Positions 30,789-40,190 of a DNA stretch of 64,000 nt are shown piece by piece (within the stretch, counting starts at the first letter, position 1; every line of letters starts with the position of its first letter). Position numbers and translations under genes: made by a program. The DNA comes from Candidatus Nomurabacteria bacterium GW2011_GWD2_36_14. GTDB taxonomy: Bacteria; Patescibacteriota; Minisyncoccia; Phycocordibacterales; UBA9973. Below the pieces are notes generated by a model, which saw only the letters and a list, made by a program, of their open reading frames with translations, was not told the DNA's origin and did no database searches. The stretch spans positions 7,583-71,582 of the forward strand of contig LBRL01000002.1 of assembly GCA_000991405.1 (NCBI GenBank), read 5' to 3'.

Positions 30789-31259
30789 TTTGGGCTCTTT
30801 CCTTTTCGCTCGCCGCTACTCAGAAAATAAATATTTTTCTCTTTTCCTCAAGGTACTGAAATGTTTTACTTCCCTTGGTATGCTCACTTACGTCAAGCGC
30901 AAGTGTCTCTAAGGGTTACTTAGAGGGGTTTCCCCATTCAGAAATTTCCGGATCAAAGGTTGCTAGGCACCTCCCCGAAACGTATCGCCGCCATGCTACG
31001 TCTTTCATCGCCTTTTTTAGTCTAGGCATCCGCCATATACTCTTAATTTCCTATTAGGAAATCTGAAAACCATCTAGTCCAATCTTTCGAAAGGATTCGA
31101 TTCGATGCAGACATTCGGGAACCGCTTCCTTCGTGTCTACACCATTTAATTATTGTTGTGTTCTGTTTCCGACTCGATTCAAAAGACCCTCTAAAATAAA
31201 GGATAACAGTGAGTCGGAACAGCATTCAGTTTTCAAATATCATGTCGATGTCTAGAATT

Positions 31260-31282
31260 AAAAAATCCGCCTTCTTGGCGGA
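31260..31282 (-). terminator. Terminator-like hairpin within the 23S leader
   Basis: Minus strand TCCGCC-AAGAA-GGCGGA-TTTTTT. Confidence 0.6.
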
Positions 31283-31354
31283 CAAAGCGAAACCAATTGG
31301 TCTTACTTTAACCGCTTTTCTTGGTGATTTTTGTTCATTAACATCGTGATTTGA

Positions 31355-31383
31355 ATAGTATACGAAATGAAAAAGAAAGTCAA
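31355..31383 (-). promoter_or_regulatory. Sigma70-type promoter for the stand-alone 23S-5S unit
   Basis: Minus strand TTGACT-N17-TACTAT (overlapping TATACT). Confidence 0.6.
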
Positions 31384-31519
31384 CCCCCACACCCACTTTT
31401 TTATAATTATGTTTTTATCCTTATATATTAAGCTATAAATATACTTTAAAATGAGAAAAATACTGTATAAATAATACAAATTTCGACATAATAAAAAAAT
31501 AAAAAAGTAGGTGTGGGGG
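31384..31519. mobile_element. 136-bp MITE-like element
   Basis: 21-bp TIR cccccacacccacttttttat / ataaaaaagtaggtgtggggg (1 mismatch); AT-rich core. Confidence 0.65.
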
Positions 31520-31607
31520 CAAGGATTTTAGGAGGATAAACACAAAGGGTCGGCGACAGTAGTCGCCGACCCAAATTATGCTTTAATTTAAATGATTAGT
31601 TATCAAA

Positions 31608-32309
31608 CTATCTTATCCTCGAACAAGAATTATTCCCCTCAGGAAGAAAAATTTTAGAGCAAGATATTTTGTCTTTTTTATTATCTTTCAAAACTTCAAC
31701 TTCAATTACTTTAGCATTTGGCATGACAGGAGCATTAATATCATCAATGGGTTCAAAAATAGAATTGTCACTGCTTAAAACTATTGTTCTAGACCATTGC
31801 CAAGGTATACACATACCAGATCCATCAGTTGGGATATCAATTGCTATTATATCTTCATTATTTAATTTTCCACTTTTCCCAATACTAAAACCGTCTTCAT
31901 CTGTTAAATAAAAATTCGTATTAATTGGAATAACAATATTTTGATGACTAAGTTTAAAATTTATTTTTGTTACAAATGGACAGGTTTCTTTTGTATTAAA
32001 TTGACCTATAGTAAAAGCATTGACTGGATATAATTTTCTATTTTCAATTTTTGAATTAATTTGACTATATATTGAATATATAGAACTTGCTAGTTTAAGA
32101 GTATAAATATTACCTTCTGTAGTCTCTTTAATTTGTTGACTATCATTAACATTTTCTGGATTTTTAACTTCTTTTTTACCTGGTGGAACTTTTGGTCCTC
32201 CGTCTTTAATATATCCTGTCCAATAAATTGCTCCCCCACCGACAACTACTATGCCTAGAACAATTGCCAACACTAGACCAATCCCTATAATGCCCTTGTT
32301 TGTTTTCAT
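31608..32309 (-). CDS. Hypothetical surface protein with prepilin-like N-terminus
   Basis: MKTNKG|IIGIGLVLAIVLGIVVVGGG resembles a class III signal peptide (no E+5). Confidence 0.6.
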   Translation of the reverse strand: MKTNKGIIGIGLVLAIVLGIVVVGGGAIYWTGYIKDGGPKVPPGKKEVKNPENVNDSQQIKETTEGNIYTLKLASSIYSIYSQINSKIENRKLYPVNAFTIGQFNTKETCPFVTKINFKLSHQNIVIPINTNFYLTDEDGFSIGKSGKLNNEDIIAIDIPTDGSGMCIPWQWSRTIVLSSDNSIFEPIDDINAPVMPNAKVIEVEVLKDNKKDKISCSKIFLPEGNNSCSRIR

Positions 32310-32426
32310 TTGATTTTAATTAGATTGTTAATATTTAACCTTTATATTATACCATAGAAAAACGGAAGAGTCCGCAGGCGAAGCCTGCGGACTCTTTCCT
32401 AAAAATTATAATGAAGAAACAATCTA

Positions 32427-33116
32427 CTATTTCGAAGACATATCTTTCGAAATCTTTTGTATTGCACCTGCGGCTGCTTCCTTGCCACCGAGACCAAATG
32501 CTAAACCTCCAGCGATAGCAAGCATAACTACAATACCCATGAAGAGAACTTGCATGAAGTATGTAGCTATTCCTAGCTCTGAGAGAGCAATGATAATTGC
32601 GAAGATCCAGATAGCATACTTGGTAATAGTTCCTAGCATATTTGCAGAAGTTATATTTGCAGCTTTTGAAGAAGCGACAACTAGCTTTTGCATTGTGTCA
32701 GCAAGGATTGTAGCAATGACCAAGACGATAGCAGCGATGATTACCTTTGGCAAGTAGAAGAGAACTGCTGAACGTAGGAAGTCATTGACTTGTGTAAGTC
32801 CAACGATTTGCAATGATGCCATTAAGAATACGATAATGATGAACCACTTTATGATAACTCCGAAGAATTTGCCAATATTGAGCTTGATCCCCATGCGAGC
32901 AAACATCTCTTGTGTTCCTGCACTTTCAAAAAGAGAGTCGAGCTTGATAGCTGTAATAACTTGTGCAATTGCCTTTCCAACAACTGAACCTACTATCCAA
33001 CCAATTATAAATAAAATCACAGCCAATAGTAAGCCGGGAACAAAACTAATAAAACCATACCATAGCTCTAGAAGTGAACCGCTCAATACTGACCCCAAAC
33101 TTTGTATGTATAACAT
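32427..33116 (-). CDS. Conserved TM-helix repeat protein (CmpX/MscS-associated)
   Basis: Two P..L.A..I repeats and a C-terminal GLAFGLGGKE. Confidence 0.8.
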   Translation of the reverse strand: MLYIQSLGSVLSGSLLELWYGFISFVPGLLLAVILFIIGWIVGSVVGKAIAQVITAIKLDSLFESAGTQEMFARMGIKLNIGKFFGVIIKWFIIIVFLMASLQIVGLTQVNDFLRSAVLFYLPKVIIAAIVLVIATILADTMQKLVVASSKAANITSANMLGTITKYAIWIFAIIIALSELGIATYFMQVLFMGIVVMLAIAGGLAFGLGGKEAAAGAIQKISKDMSSK

Positions 33117-33204
33117 AATAATAAATAAATATTATATAAAAAATAATAAGGTACTTGTAAAGATTCGACCCTTGTGAAGTACCTTATTATTATACCATAT
33201 ACAA

Positions 33205-33822
33205 TTACTTTTTAGATACGTATGTGGATAACTGCCCATTGTCTATAATCCTCTCATGGGGTAAGTCTATAATGTCGCAAACGAGCTTGTCGTACATATC
33301 TATACGGTATTTGAATTCTTGCGAGTCTAGGACTACATAGTCGAGCTCTTTACCTATCTCAGACTCTAAACCTTTAATAATCTGCTGGATTATATTCTTC
33401 TTAAGCTTGTCCCCTACTATTAGTATGTCTACCCTGCTCTTGTCGCTACCGATGAAGATACCCGATACGATCATAAGCTTGATCTTGCCTATCTGCTTGA
33501 AACGCGCAGGTAAGTCCTCACGAAGGAGAAGTGAAGGATCGACAAGTAGATCGCGGATAGAATCTATATAAGGGAAGGATGCATCCAGTTGCCATGCTGG
33601 CACCTTCTTCTTGGCCCCACGTGCTCCTTCGTGCGTAACGAACTTTTGCTTTATGAATCCCATCGCCACTAAAGCATTCACCTCCTTGCGAGAGTTAGCT
33701 TTGGTAACTCGACTACGACTTACGACCTCCTCTATCTCAAACATACTATTATGATTTAATAAAAATAGGCGCATTATTTTGACTCGTGCCTGACCCCCGA
33801 ATAGCTTTGCTAGTGTTTCCAT
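33205..33822 (-). CDS. Winged-helix plus nucleotidyltransferase-like protein
   Basis: LFGG.ARVKIMRLF wHTH; SG.F...S.VDILIVGD NTase-like motif; start METLAK follows a TATAAT. Confidence 0.65.
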   Translation of the reverse strand: METLAKLFGGQARVKIMRLFLLNHNSMFEIEEVVSRSRVTKANSRKEVNALVAMGFIKQKFVTHEGARGAKKKVPAWQLDASFPYIDSIRDLLVDPSLLLREDLPARFKQIGKIKLMIVSGIFIGSDKSRVDILIVGDKLKKNIIQQIIKGLESEIGKELDYVVLDSQEFKYRIDMYDKLVCDIIDLPHERIIDNGQLSTYVSKK

Positions 33823-33893
33823 AAGCGCCATTATACGCCAACAAAAAGCACCCTGCAAGCTTCGCTTGCAGGGTGCTTTTAATGAGTATTTTA

Positions 33894-34289
33894 TTACTTT
33901 AATGTAACTTTAGCACCGGCTGCTTCAAGCTTCTTCTTGAAGTCTTCAGCATCTTCTTTCTTCATAGCTTCCTTAAGAACTGAAGGGGCACCGTCTACTA
34001 GATCCTTTGCTTCTTTAAGTCCAAGAGCTAGAACTTCTTTCACAACTTTCATAACTGCAATCTTCTGCTCACCTGCTCCTGTAAGTTCTACAGTGAAGGC
34101 ACTCTTCTCTTCTCCTGCCTCTGCTGCTGCTCCACCTGTTGGTGCTGCTGCAACTGCTGCTTGAGCTGATACTCCAAACTTCTCTTCTAATACTTTTACT
34201 AGTTCGTGTAAATCAAGAACTGACATTGCTTCGATAGTTGCAACGATGTCTTTGAATTTTGCAGGAACTGCTGTTTTTGTTTCTTCCAT
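33894..34289 (-). CDS. rplL: 50S ribosomal protein L7/L12
   Basis: [28 protein letters not shown]. Confidence 0.98.
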   Translation of the reverse strand: MEETKTAVPAKFKDIVATIEAMSVLDLHELVKVLEEKFGVSAQAAVAAAPTGGAAAEAGEEKSAFTVELTGAGEQKIAVMKVVKEVLALGLKEAKDLVDGAPSVLKEAMKKEDAEDFKKKLEAAGAKVTLK

Positions 34290-34314
34290 AAAATTAATTT
34301 AAATTAAATAATAA

Positions 34315-34800
34315 TTACTTTGTGTTTGCGACTTGTTCTAGAACACTTGCAAAACGTTGTATTGGTGAATTGATAATATTGACGAACATACCACGCAAAG
34401 TTTGCATTGGTGGGATAGTTGCAATTCCAAGCATTTCTGAAGCAGACATATATCTACCCTCAAATACTCCTCCAACGATTGCGACATTCTCTTTGTGTCC
34501 CTTTTGGAAACCAAAGATTCCACGTGCACTAGCTAGTAAGTCAGTACTATAAGCGACAGCTATCTGTCCAGGCATCTCTGGAGCCTCCCCTGTAATTCCA
34601 AAGGTGGCCAAAGCACGCTTGAGCAAAGTTTTCTTTGCTACTACATACCCGACTTCTTCCGTCTGTAAACTACGACGTAAGGCATTGTTGTCGGCTACTG
34701 TCAATTTATCGAACTTCACAAAAACAACGGATTTAGCATCTTTAAGTGCGCCTTCTAATCCAGCCACAAGTTCTTTCTTTTTTTCTAATGTAATTGGCAT
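34315..34800 (-). CDS. rplJ: 50S ribosomal protein L10
   Basis: LTV...LRR, VAKKTL, position directly upstream of rplL. Confidence 0.95.
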   Translation of the reverse strand: MPITLEKKKELVAGLEGALKDAKSVVFVKFDKLTVADNNALRRSLQTEEVGYVVAKKTLLKRALATFGITGEAPEMPGQIAVAYSTDLLASARGIFGFQKGHKENVAIVGGVFEGRYMSASEMLGIATIPPMQTLRGMFVNIINSPIQRFASVLEQVANTK

Positions 34801-34823
34801 TTGTTTTAAATAACTTTAAAAAT

Positions 34824-34918
34824 AAAAAATGGCCCTTTAGGGCCGTTGCGTAGACAATTCATATATATGAATTGCTTTCGACCTCGGTAGGACTTATAAA
34901 TGCCTACTTTCTACGGCT
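34824..34918 (-). promoter_or_regulatory. L10 leader RNA with downstream attenuator terminator
   Basis: Minus strand CCGTAGAAAGTAGG...CCTACCGAGG (L10-leader pattern), then GGCCCTAAAGGGCC-ATTTTTT; TTGACA promoter near 34949-34954. Confidence 0.75.
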
Positions 34919-34942
34919 ACAAAACTATACTATCAAATAATC

Positions 34943-35080
34943 CTATTTTGTCAAATTCACACCAGCAGTATTCGAGCTAGTATCGACTTTCATTGAGTCG
35001 ATAACAACCAACGAAATAAGCCCCAGAAGTATAACCCCCGAAAAAGCCAATATAACCTTAATAGAACTTTTGTTTATCAT
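34943..35080 (-). CDS. Small single-TM protein, 45 aa (MINKSSIKVILAFSGVILLGLISLVVIDSMK...)
   Basis: Below the ORF-track cutoff; clear hydrophobic helix; -10-like element just upstream. Confidence 0.5.
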   Translation of the reverse strand: MINKSSIKVILAFSGVILLGLISLVVIDSMKVDTSSNTAGVNLTK

Positions 35081-35119
35081 ATATATAATATATCATATTT
35101 AGATTAAAATTTAAAATTA

Positions 35120-35539
35120 TTATAACCATTCGCTTACTCCCCCATGATGTGAACACGTTCCTCTTCTACTTTGACTAAAACTATATGTTCCGTCTCCACA
35201 TCTAGCTGAAGCACCAGAAGGTACTGAATTAGAATATGCGGGAGAATGAACTTTATTACCAGCTGTATTTGTATAATAATTGTTGTTTGAAAGAGTATTT
35301 GTTACTGGTACTGGAGTAGGAGTTTCAATTGCCTTATATACGTTGGCATTTAGATTAGAAGTATTATAAGTAGGAGTTGTAGATGTTGTACTTTTTACCT
35401 GTGTACTTTGATTATCACCTCCACTTATTAAAATTACAAATCCAATTATTGCTATCACCCATAAAACACTACTCCTCTTGTACCAAGGTTTTTTATCTTC
35501 TGGCTGATTATTTAAAACATTATCTGTATTATTCTCCAT
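35120..35539 (-). CDS. DUF3761-like domain membrane protein
   Basis: KKPWYKR plus TM; C-terminal ASARCGDGTYSFSQSRRGTCSHHGGV. Confidence 0.85.
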   Translation of the reverse strand: MENNTDNVLNNQPEDKKPWYKRSSVLWVIAIIGFVILISGGDNQSTQVKSTTSTTPTYNTSNLNANVYKAIETPTPVPVTNTLSNNNYYTNTAGNKVHSPAYSNSVPSGASARCGDGTYSFSQSRRGTCSHHGGVSEWL

Positions 35540-35742
35540 ATATTAATATTATACTAAAAGTAAAATAAAAACTATATTATTATAATACACCCAATTTAAT
35601 ATAATTGTAATTACATCACTACAAAATAAGGTCTATTTCAAATCTATATTAAATTGTTTTTAGATGAGCTATAGAGTATAATGGTTAGGTAAACTTTCTA
35701 TATGATTTTTTTGTTTTTTAAAGAAATAGTAGTTAGAATAAT

Positions 35743-36567
35743 ATGCCTAATAAAAAATTCACAAAAAAACAGCTCGAAAATACTTTATTTGAGGGTGATT
35801 GTTTGAAGGTAATGTCTAAATTCCCCGATAATAGTATCGATATGATTTTATGTGATTTACCTTATGGAACTACACAGAATAAATGGGACAGTGTAATCCC
35901 TTTAGATATTTTATGGAAAGAGTATGAAAGGATTATAAAAAAAAATGGCGTGATTGCTTTAACTTCTCAAGGAGTTTTCACTGCTCAACTAATAATGAGT
36001 AATCCAATACTATTTAAATATAAACTTGCTTGGATTAAATCTAAAGCAACGAATTTCTTAAATGCAAAAATTCAACCATTGAGAAAATATGAGGATATCT
36101 GTATTTTTTACAGAAATCACATTTATCAACCAACATATAACCCACAAATGAGTATTGGTGAGCCATATAACAAAGGACATAGAAAAAATCAGTTAACTGG
36201 TAGTTATGGAGATTTTAGTTCAACAGAAGTTAAAAGTGATGGACAAAGATATCCTAGTGATGTTATATATTTCAAGACAGCTGAAAGTGAAGGAGAGGTT
36301 TTTCATCCTACACAAAAACCTATTGAACTTGGGCAATACTTAATTAGAACATATACAAAAAAAGGAGAACTAGTTTTAGATAATACATCTGGTAGTGGTA
36401 GTTTTCTTGTTGCTTGTGCTTTAGAAGGTAGAAATTTTATAGGAATAGAGTTAAATAAAGAAACTGTATTACACCACCACAAGAAAGTTAATTTAATTAC
36501 GGTCACTAAAAATCGTATAAAAAAAGTTTTACCTAAAATAAAAATAAAAGTATATGCCAACAATTAA
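35743..36567 (+). CDS. N4-C/N6-A DNA methyltransferase (beta class)
   Basis: DLPYG catalytic motif N-terminal, HPTQKP, DNTSGSGS SAM motif C-terminal. Confidence 0.9.
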   Translation: MPNKKFTKKQLENTLFEGDCLKVMSKFPDNSIDMILCDLPYGTTQNKWDSVIPLDILWKEYERIIKKNGVIALTSQGVFTAQLIMSNPILFKYKLAWIKSKATNFLNAKIQPLRKYEDICIFYRNHIYQPTYNPQMSIGEPYNKGHRKNQLTGSYGDFSSTEVKSDGQRYPSDVIYFKTAESEGEVFHPTQKPIELGQYLIRTYTKKGELVLDNTSGSGSFLVACALEGRNFIGIELNKETVLHHHKKVNLITVTKNRIKKVLPKIKIKVYANN

Positions 36568-39316
36568 CTACAACGAAAGAAGTTGGGCTATTGATTTAAT
36601 TAGTGAAATTAACCTATGGGCTTCTGGAAAAAATGTATCTATAAAAAGAGCAGGTGGAGAAAATACCCTAAAGGAAAATAAAAAATCTCTTTTTCCTGAT
36701 GTCTTACTCTTTGGTGACGAACAAAAAGGACGAATTGTTCAGGGTTGGGAACTAAAAATGCCTGATACTGATATTGATGATACAGAATTTATATCAAACG
36801 CGAAAAAGAAAGCTGAATTACTTTCTCTTAACAGTTTTTTACTTTGGAATGTATCAATAGCTATCCTTTATAGGATAAAAGAAGACGGAACTCTTGAAAA
36901 AATTAAAAGCTGGGATGGTTTATCTCATATTCGTACAAGAGATGAAGTTGAAAGAAATAGTGCTTCTATTAAGATAGAACTGCATAAAATACTTAATGAT
37001 CTGAATAATTTTATTCAAAATGGTGATATTAAATCTAAATCAATTTTAGAAGTATTAAATAGTGAGCAAGTATCAAACTTAATAAACAGAAATCTTGGAA
37101 CTTATATTGCTTCAATAAAAAATGAAGCTATAAGTAATGCAAACATAGAAGCAGAAATAGATTTATGGTGGCGATATGCAAAAAATGACTATCCAGAAGA
37201 AGAAGACAAATATGTTGTTTTGGCACGAGTTAATCTTCTTTACCTTATAAACAAGTTTTTATTTGCTCACATTTTAAAATCTTACCAAGAAGAAGCTAGT
37301 CGCATAGATAAGATTAACGAGGGAACATCGCTAAAGGAAGGTTTAGCTATCTTTCAATCAATAAGTGAGAAAGTCGATTTTTGGAATATATTTCAAACAC
37401 AACCTTTTGAAACATATATATCAGAAGAAATATGGAATGATATGGTTGATTTTAATGGTTTTCTTAAGTCATTTAACTTTCAAAACATTGAGAAAAATCT
37501 TCTTCACGATTTGATTGGATACACAGTTTATAGAAACAAAAGAAAATTTGCTGGACAATTTACCACTCCTGATGAATTAGCAAAGCTTATGGTTGGGCTT
37601 ACTATTAAAAATAAAAGAGGAGTTGCTTTAGATCCTTGTTGTGGTAGTGGTACTATTGCACGAGAAATCTTTTTAGAAAAGAAATCGGTATTGGGTATTG
37701 AACAAGCACTTGATACAACTTGGGCAAGCGACAAGTTTGCACTTCCATTACAGATGACAATGTTTAATATGGCTGACCCAGAAGCTATGGGTAAAATAAT
37801 TCAAGTATTTAAAGAAGATGCAACTAAATTAGAAACTGGAAAATTATTAGAACTGCGAGACCCATTCAATGGGAAGTTAATAAAAAAGAAAATACCACCA
37901 TTTGATTATATAATTTCTAACCTTCCTTTTGTAAGACAAGAGGATTTAGAAGTGCTTAATCCAGACGCTCCTAAAATCAATACCTTTATTGAAGAAAAAC
38001 TAGGATTAAACACTGCACTAGATGGTAAAAGTGACCTATATGCATACTTGCCTTTTTATTTTTGGAAGATATTAAATAATGACGGAGTTTTAACTTTTAT
38101 TATTTCTAATTCTTGGTTAGGAACAAAATGGGGTGAAAGATTTTATGATAACTTAAATGCTTTTTATAAAATTGAAACTGTAATAATTTCTGGAAATGGT
38201 AAATGGTTTGATAATGCAGATGTTGTGACTAATGTTGTTATATTAAAGAAAAGATTAGTTCCTATCGTTGATGAAGAAAGTAAAACAAAATTTGTTGTGA
38301 TTAAACAAGAACTTAAGAAGCTCACTAAAGAACAAACGAAAGAAATGATGGCAGTAATTTCATTAAGAGATAGAGCTGATGAAAATGATGTTCTGATAAA
38401 TAGTTATTCTTATAAAGAAATCAAAAACCTTAGGGGTTTTGGATTAAATCTAAATAGTTTATTTACAGACAATAATTGGATTACCTCTTTTAAACCTTTT
38501 TTAATTAACGTATCATCATTATTTGAAATTGCCCGTGGGGAAAGAAGGGGGTGGGATCCATTATTTTATCCTACTGATAATAATTCAATAGAAGAAGAGT
38601 TCTTAAGGCCAGTTTTAAAAACACCTCGTTCGATAGATAATTTAGTTACGAAGCCAGATGCTTTAGCATTTTGTTGTACAAAAAGCATTGAAGAATTAGA
38701 AAATGATGGTAAAACTGGTGCATTAAGTTGGATTAGAAATTTTGAAAATAAAACAAATAAAAAAGGTAAATTACTTCCTATTGTATTGAAAAAAGCCAAC
38801 ACAAATTGGTATACAATGAAACCAGACACAATGGGTGAGATTGTTACTAGTATCAATTTTGGTGATAGATTATTTTTTGCTAAATTTAATGAACCAACTT
38901 TTGTAAATCAGAGATTAGTGCGTTTCACTAGAAAAAACATCAGTACAAACATACAACTATGTCACGCTTTGTTAAATAGTATATTAGGGCTTTTCTATAT
39001 TGAAGCATTGGGTACTGGTCGTGGACAAGGAGTTTTAGATATGAGCAAAGATAAATTAGAAAATGATTTAGAAATGCTTAATCCAGAGTTATTTAATGAA
39101 ACTCAAAAAACAGATATTCTAGCAAAATTTGAAATAATAAAACGAAGAGATATTTTAGATATCGAAAAAGAGCTAGAAGAGGAAGATCGTAATGCTTTTG
39201 ACAATGCAATTTTAGATGCAATTGGTTTATTAGACAAAAAAGAGAAAATAAAAAAAGCTTTATTAGAACTTTATAAGATTAGAAGTTCTGTTAAAAAAAC
39301 TTTTAATGTCATATAA
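36554..39316 (+). CDS. Fused restriction endonuclease-N6 adenine methyltransferase (Type IIG-like)
   Basis: N-terminal FPDVLL...GWELK PD-(D/E)xK motif; GQFTTP, DPCCGSG, SNLPF, DLYAY; C-terminal TRD-like region. Confidence 0.8.
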   Translation: MPTINYNERSWAIDLISEINLWASGKNVSIKRAGGENTLKENKKSLFPDVLLFGDEQKGRIVQGWELKMPDTDIDDTEFISNAKKKAELLSLNSFLLWNVSIAILYRIKEDGTLEKIKSWDGLSHIRTRDEVERNSASIKIELHKILNDLNNFIQNGDIKSKSILEVLNSEQVSNLINRNLGTYIASIKNEAISNANIEAEIDLWWRYAKNDYPEEEDKYVVLARVNLLYLINKFLFAHILKSYQEEASRIDKINEGTSLKEGLAIFQSISEKVDFWNIFQTQPFETYISEEIWNDMVDFNGFLKSFNFQNIEKNLLHDLIGYTVYRNKRKFAGQFTTPDELAKLMVGLTIKNKRGVALDPCCGSGTIAREIFLEKKSVLGIEQALDTTWASDKFALPLQMTMFNMADPEAMGKIIQVFKEDATKLETGKLLELRDPFNGKLIKKKIPPFDYIISNLPFVRQEDLEVLNPDAPKINTFIEEKLGLNTALDGKSDLYAYLPFYFWKILNNDGVLTFIISNSWLGTKWGERFYDNLNAFYKIETVIISGNGKWFDNADVVTNVVILKKRLVPIVDEESKTKFVVIKQELKKLTKEQTKEMMAVISLRDRADENDVLINSYSYKEIKNLRGFGLNLNSLFTDNNWITSFKPFLINVSSLFEIARGERRGWDPLFYPTDNNSIEEEFLRPVLKTPRSIDNLVTKPDALAFCCTKSIEELENDGKTGALSWIRNFENKTNKKGKLLPIVLKKANTNWYTMKPDTMGEIVTSINFGDRLFFAKFNEPTFVNQRLVRFTRKNISTNIQLCHALLNSILGLFYIEALGTGRGQGVLDMSKDKLENDLEMLNPELFNETQKTDILAKFEIIKRRDILDIEKELEEEDRNAFDNAILDAIGLLDKKEKIKKALLELYKIRSSVKKTFNVI

Positions 39317-39556
39317 CTATAATTACATTACATCCATTGATTATTTGGTGTAAATAAAAAACCGTAGGAGAGAATTGCTACGGCAACTAAAAAGAAAAAT
39401 AAATATTTTTTACTGGATCTTATACAAAGAAGAAAAGAGCAAATATTTGTTTTTTTCATTTTCAAATTATACAACTTAATAAAACTCTGTGTCAAAGAAA
39501 AGGGTGGATAACTTTTCAAAAAGAGGGGGTGCAGGCAAAGCCTGCACCCCCTCTTT

Positions 39557-39814
39557 TTATTTATAAATATCATGATCTCCAATTGCAAGCAAAATGACAC
39601 TATCACTTTCTTCAAATATGAAAACAATTCTGAATTTATAATTTACTGAAAAACTAAAATTTTCTTTAAGTCTTCCGTGTAGTTTGTGAACCTTCAATGA
39701 AGTGTGATTTTCTTTATTTTTAAATAATTCTATTTTTTCTAAAACTTCTTCCTGTAAACTTTCATCAAGCTTATTGTATTGTCTTACAAAAGTAGCCTTG
39801 TAGGATATTTTCAT
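39557..39814 (-). CDS. RelE/YafQ-family toxin
   Basis: F.RQY.KL, LKVHKLHGRL, FSVN..FRIVF, IGDHDIY. Confidence 0.88.
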   Translation of the reverse strand: MKISYKATFVRQYNKLDESLQEEVLEKIELFKNKENHTSLKVHKLHGRLKENFSFSVNYKFRIVFIFEESDSVILLAIGDHDIYK

Positions 39815-39820
39815 AAAGTA

Positions 39821-40030
39821 CTATTTGAATTTCTTTGCTAATTCTCTTAAATCTCCACGTAAGGTTGGTTCCTCCATAGCTCTTAAGACAGTTTGAACTG
39901 CTTCATCTTCTATCATTTTAGATATAGCACGACGAACTAGCTCAGCTTTATTGGAACCTTTTCCGTTTAGTATTAGATTGTTTAACCCTTCCTCTAGGTT
40001 TGCAGGAATAGGCACAGATATTGTAGTCAT
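39821..40030 (-). CDS. Ribbon-helix-helix antitoxin
   Basis: MTTISVPIP...SNKAELVRRAI; directly upstream of the toxin. Confidence 0.8.
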   Translation of the reverse strand: MTTISVPIPANLEEGLNNLILNGKGSNKAELVRRAISKMIEDEAVQTVLRAMEEPTLRGDLRELAKKFK

Positions 40031-40190
40031 AAATTTAAATTGTATTATATAATAATATGATAATATCATACTATATTATAATATTTAATGCAACCCTCTC
40101 CAGTCATAAGCCACGCTTATGACTGGAGAGGGTTTTGAATAAATACTAGAAGTACTAGTTTTAAGTAAATTTATGCTAGAATATTCACAT

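Noticed and set aside
39328-39627. 99-aa ORF overlapping the toxin
   Set aside because: It runs through the toxin 3' end and a terminator hairpin; at most a short C-terminal TM peptide could be real, which is unsupported.
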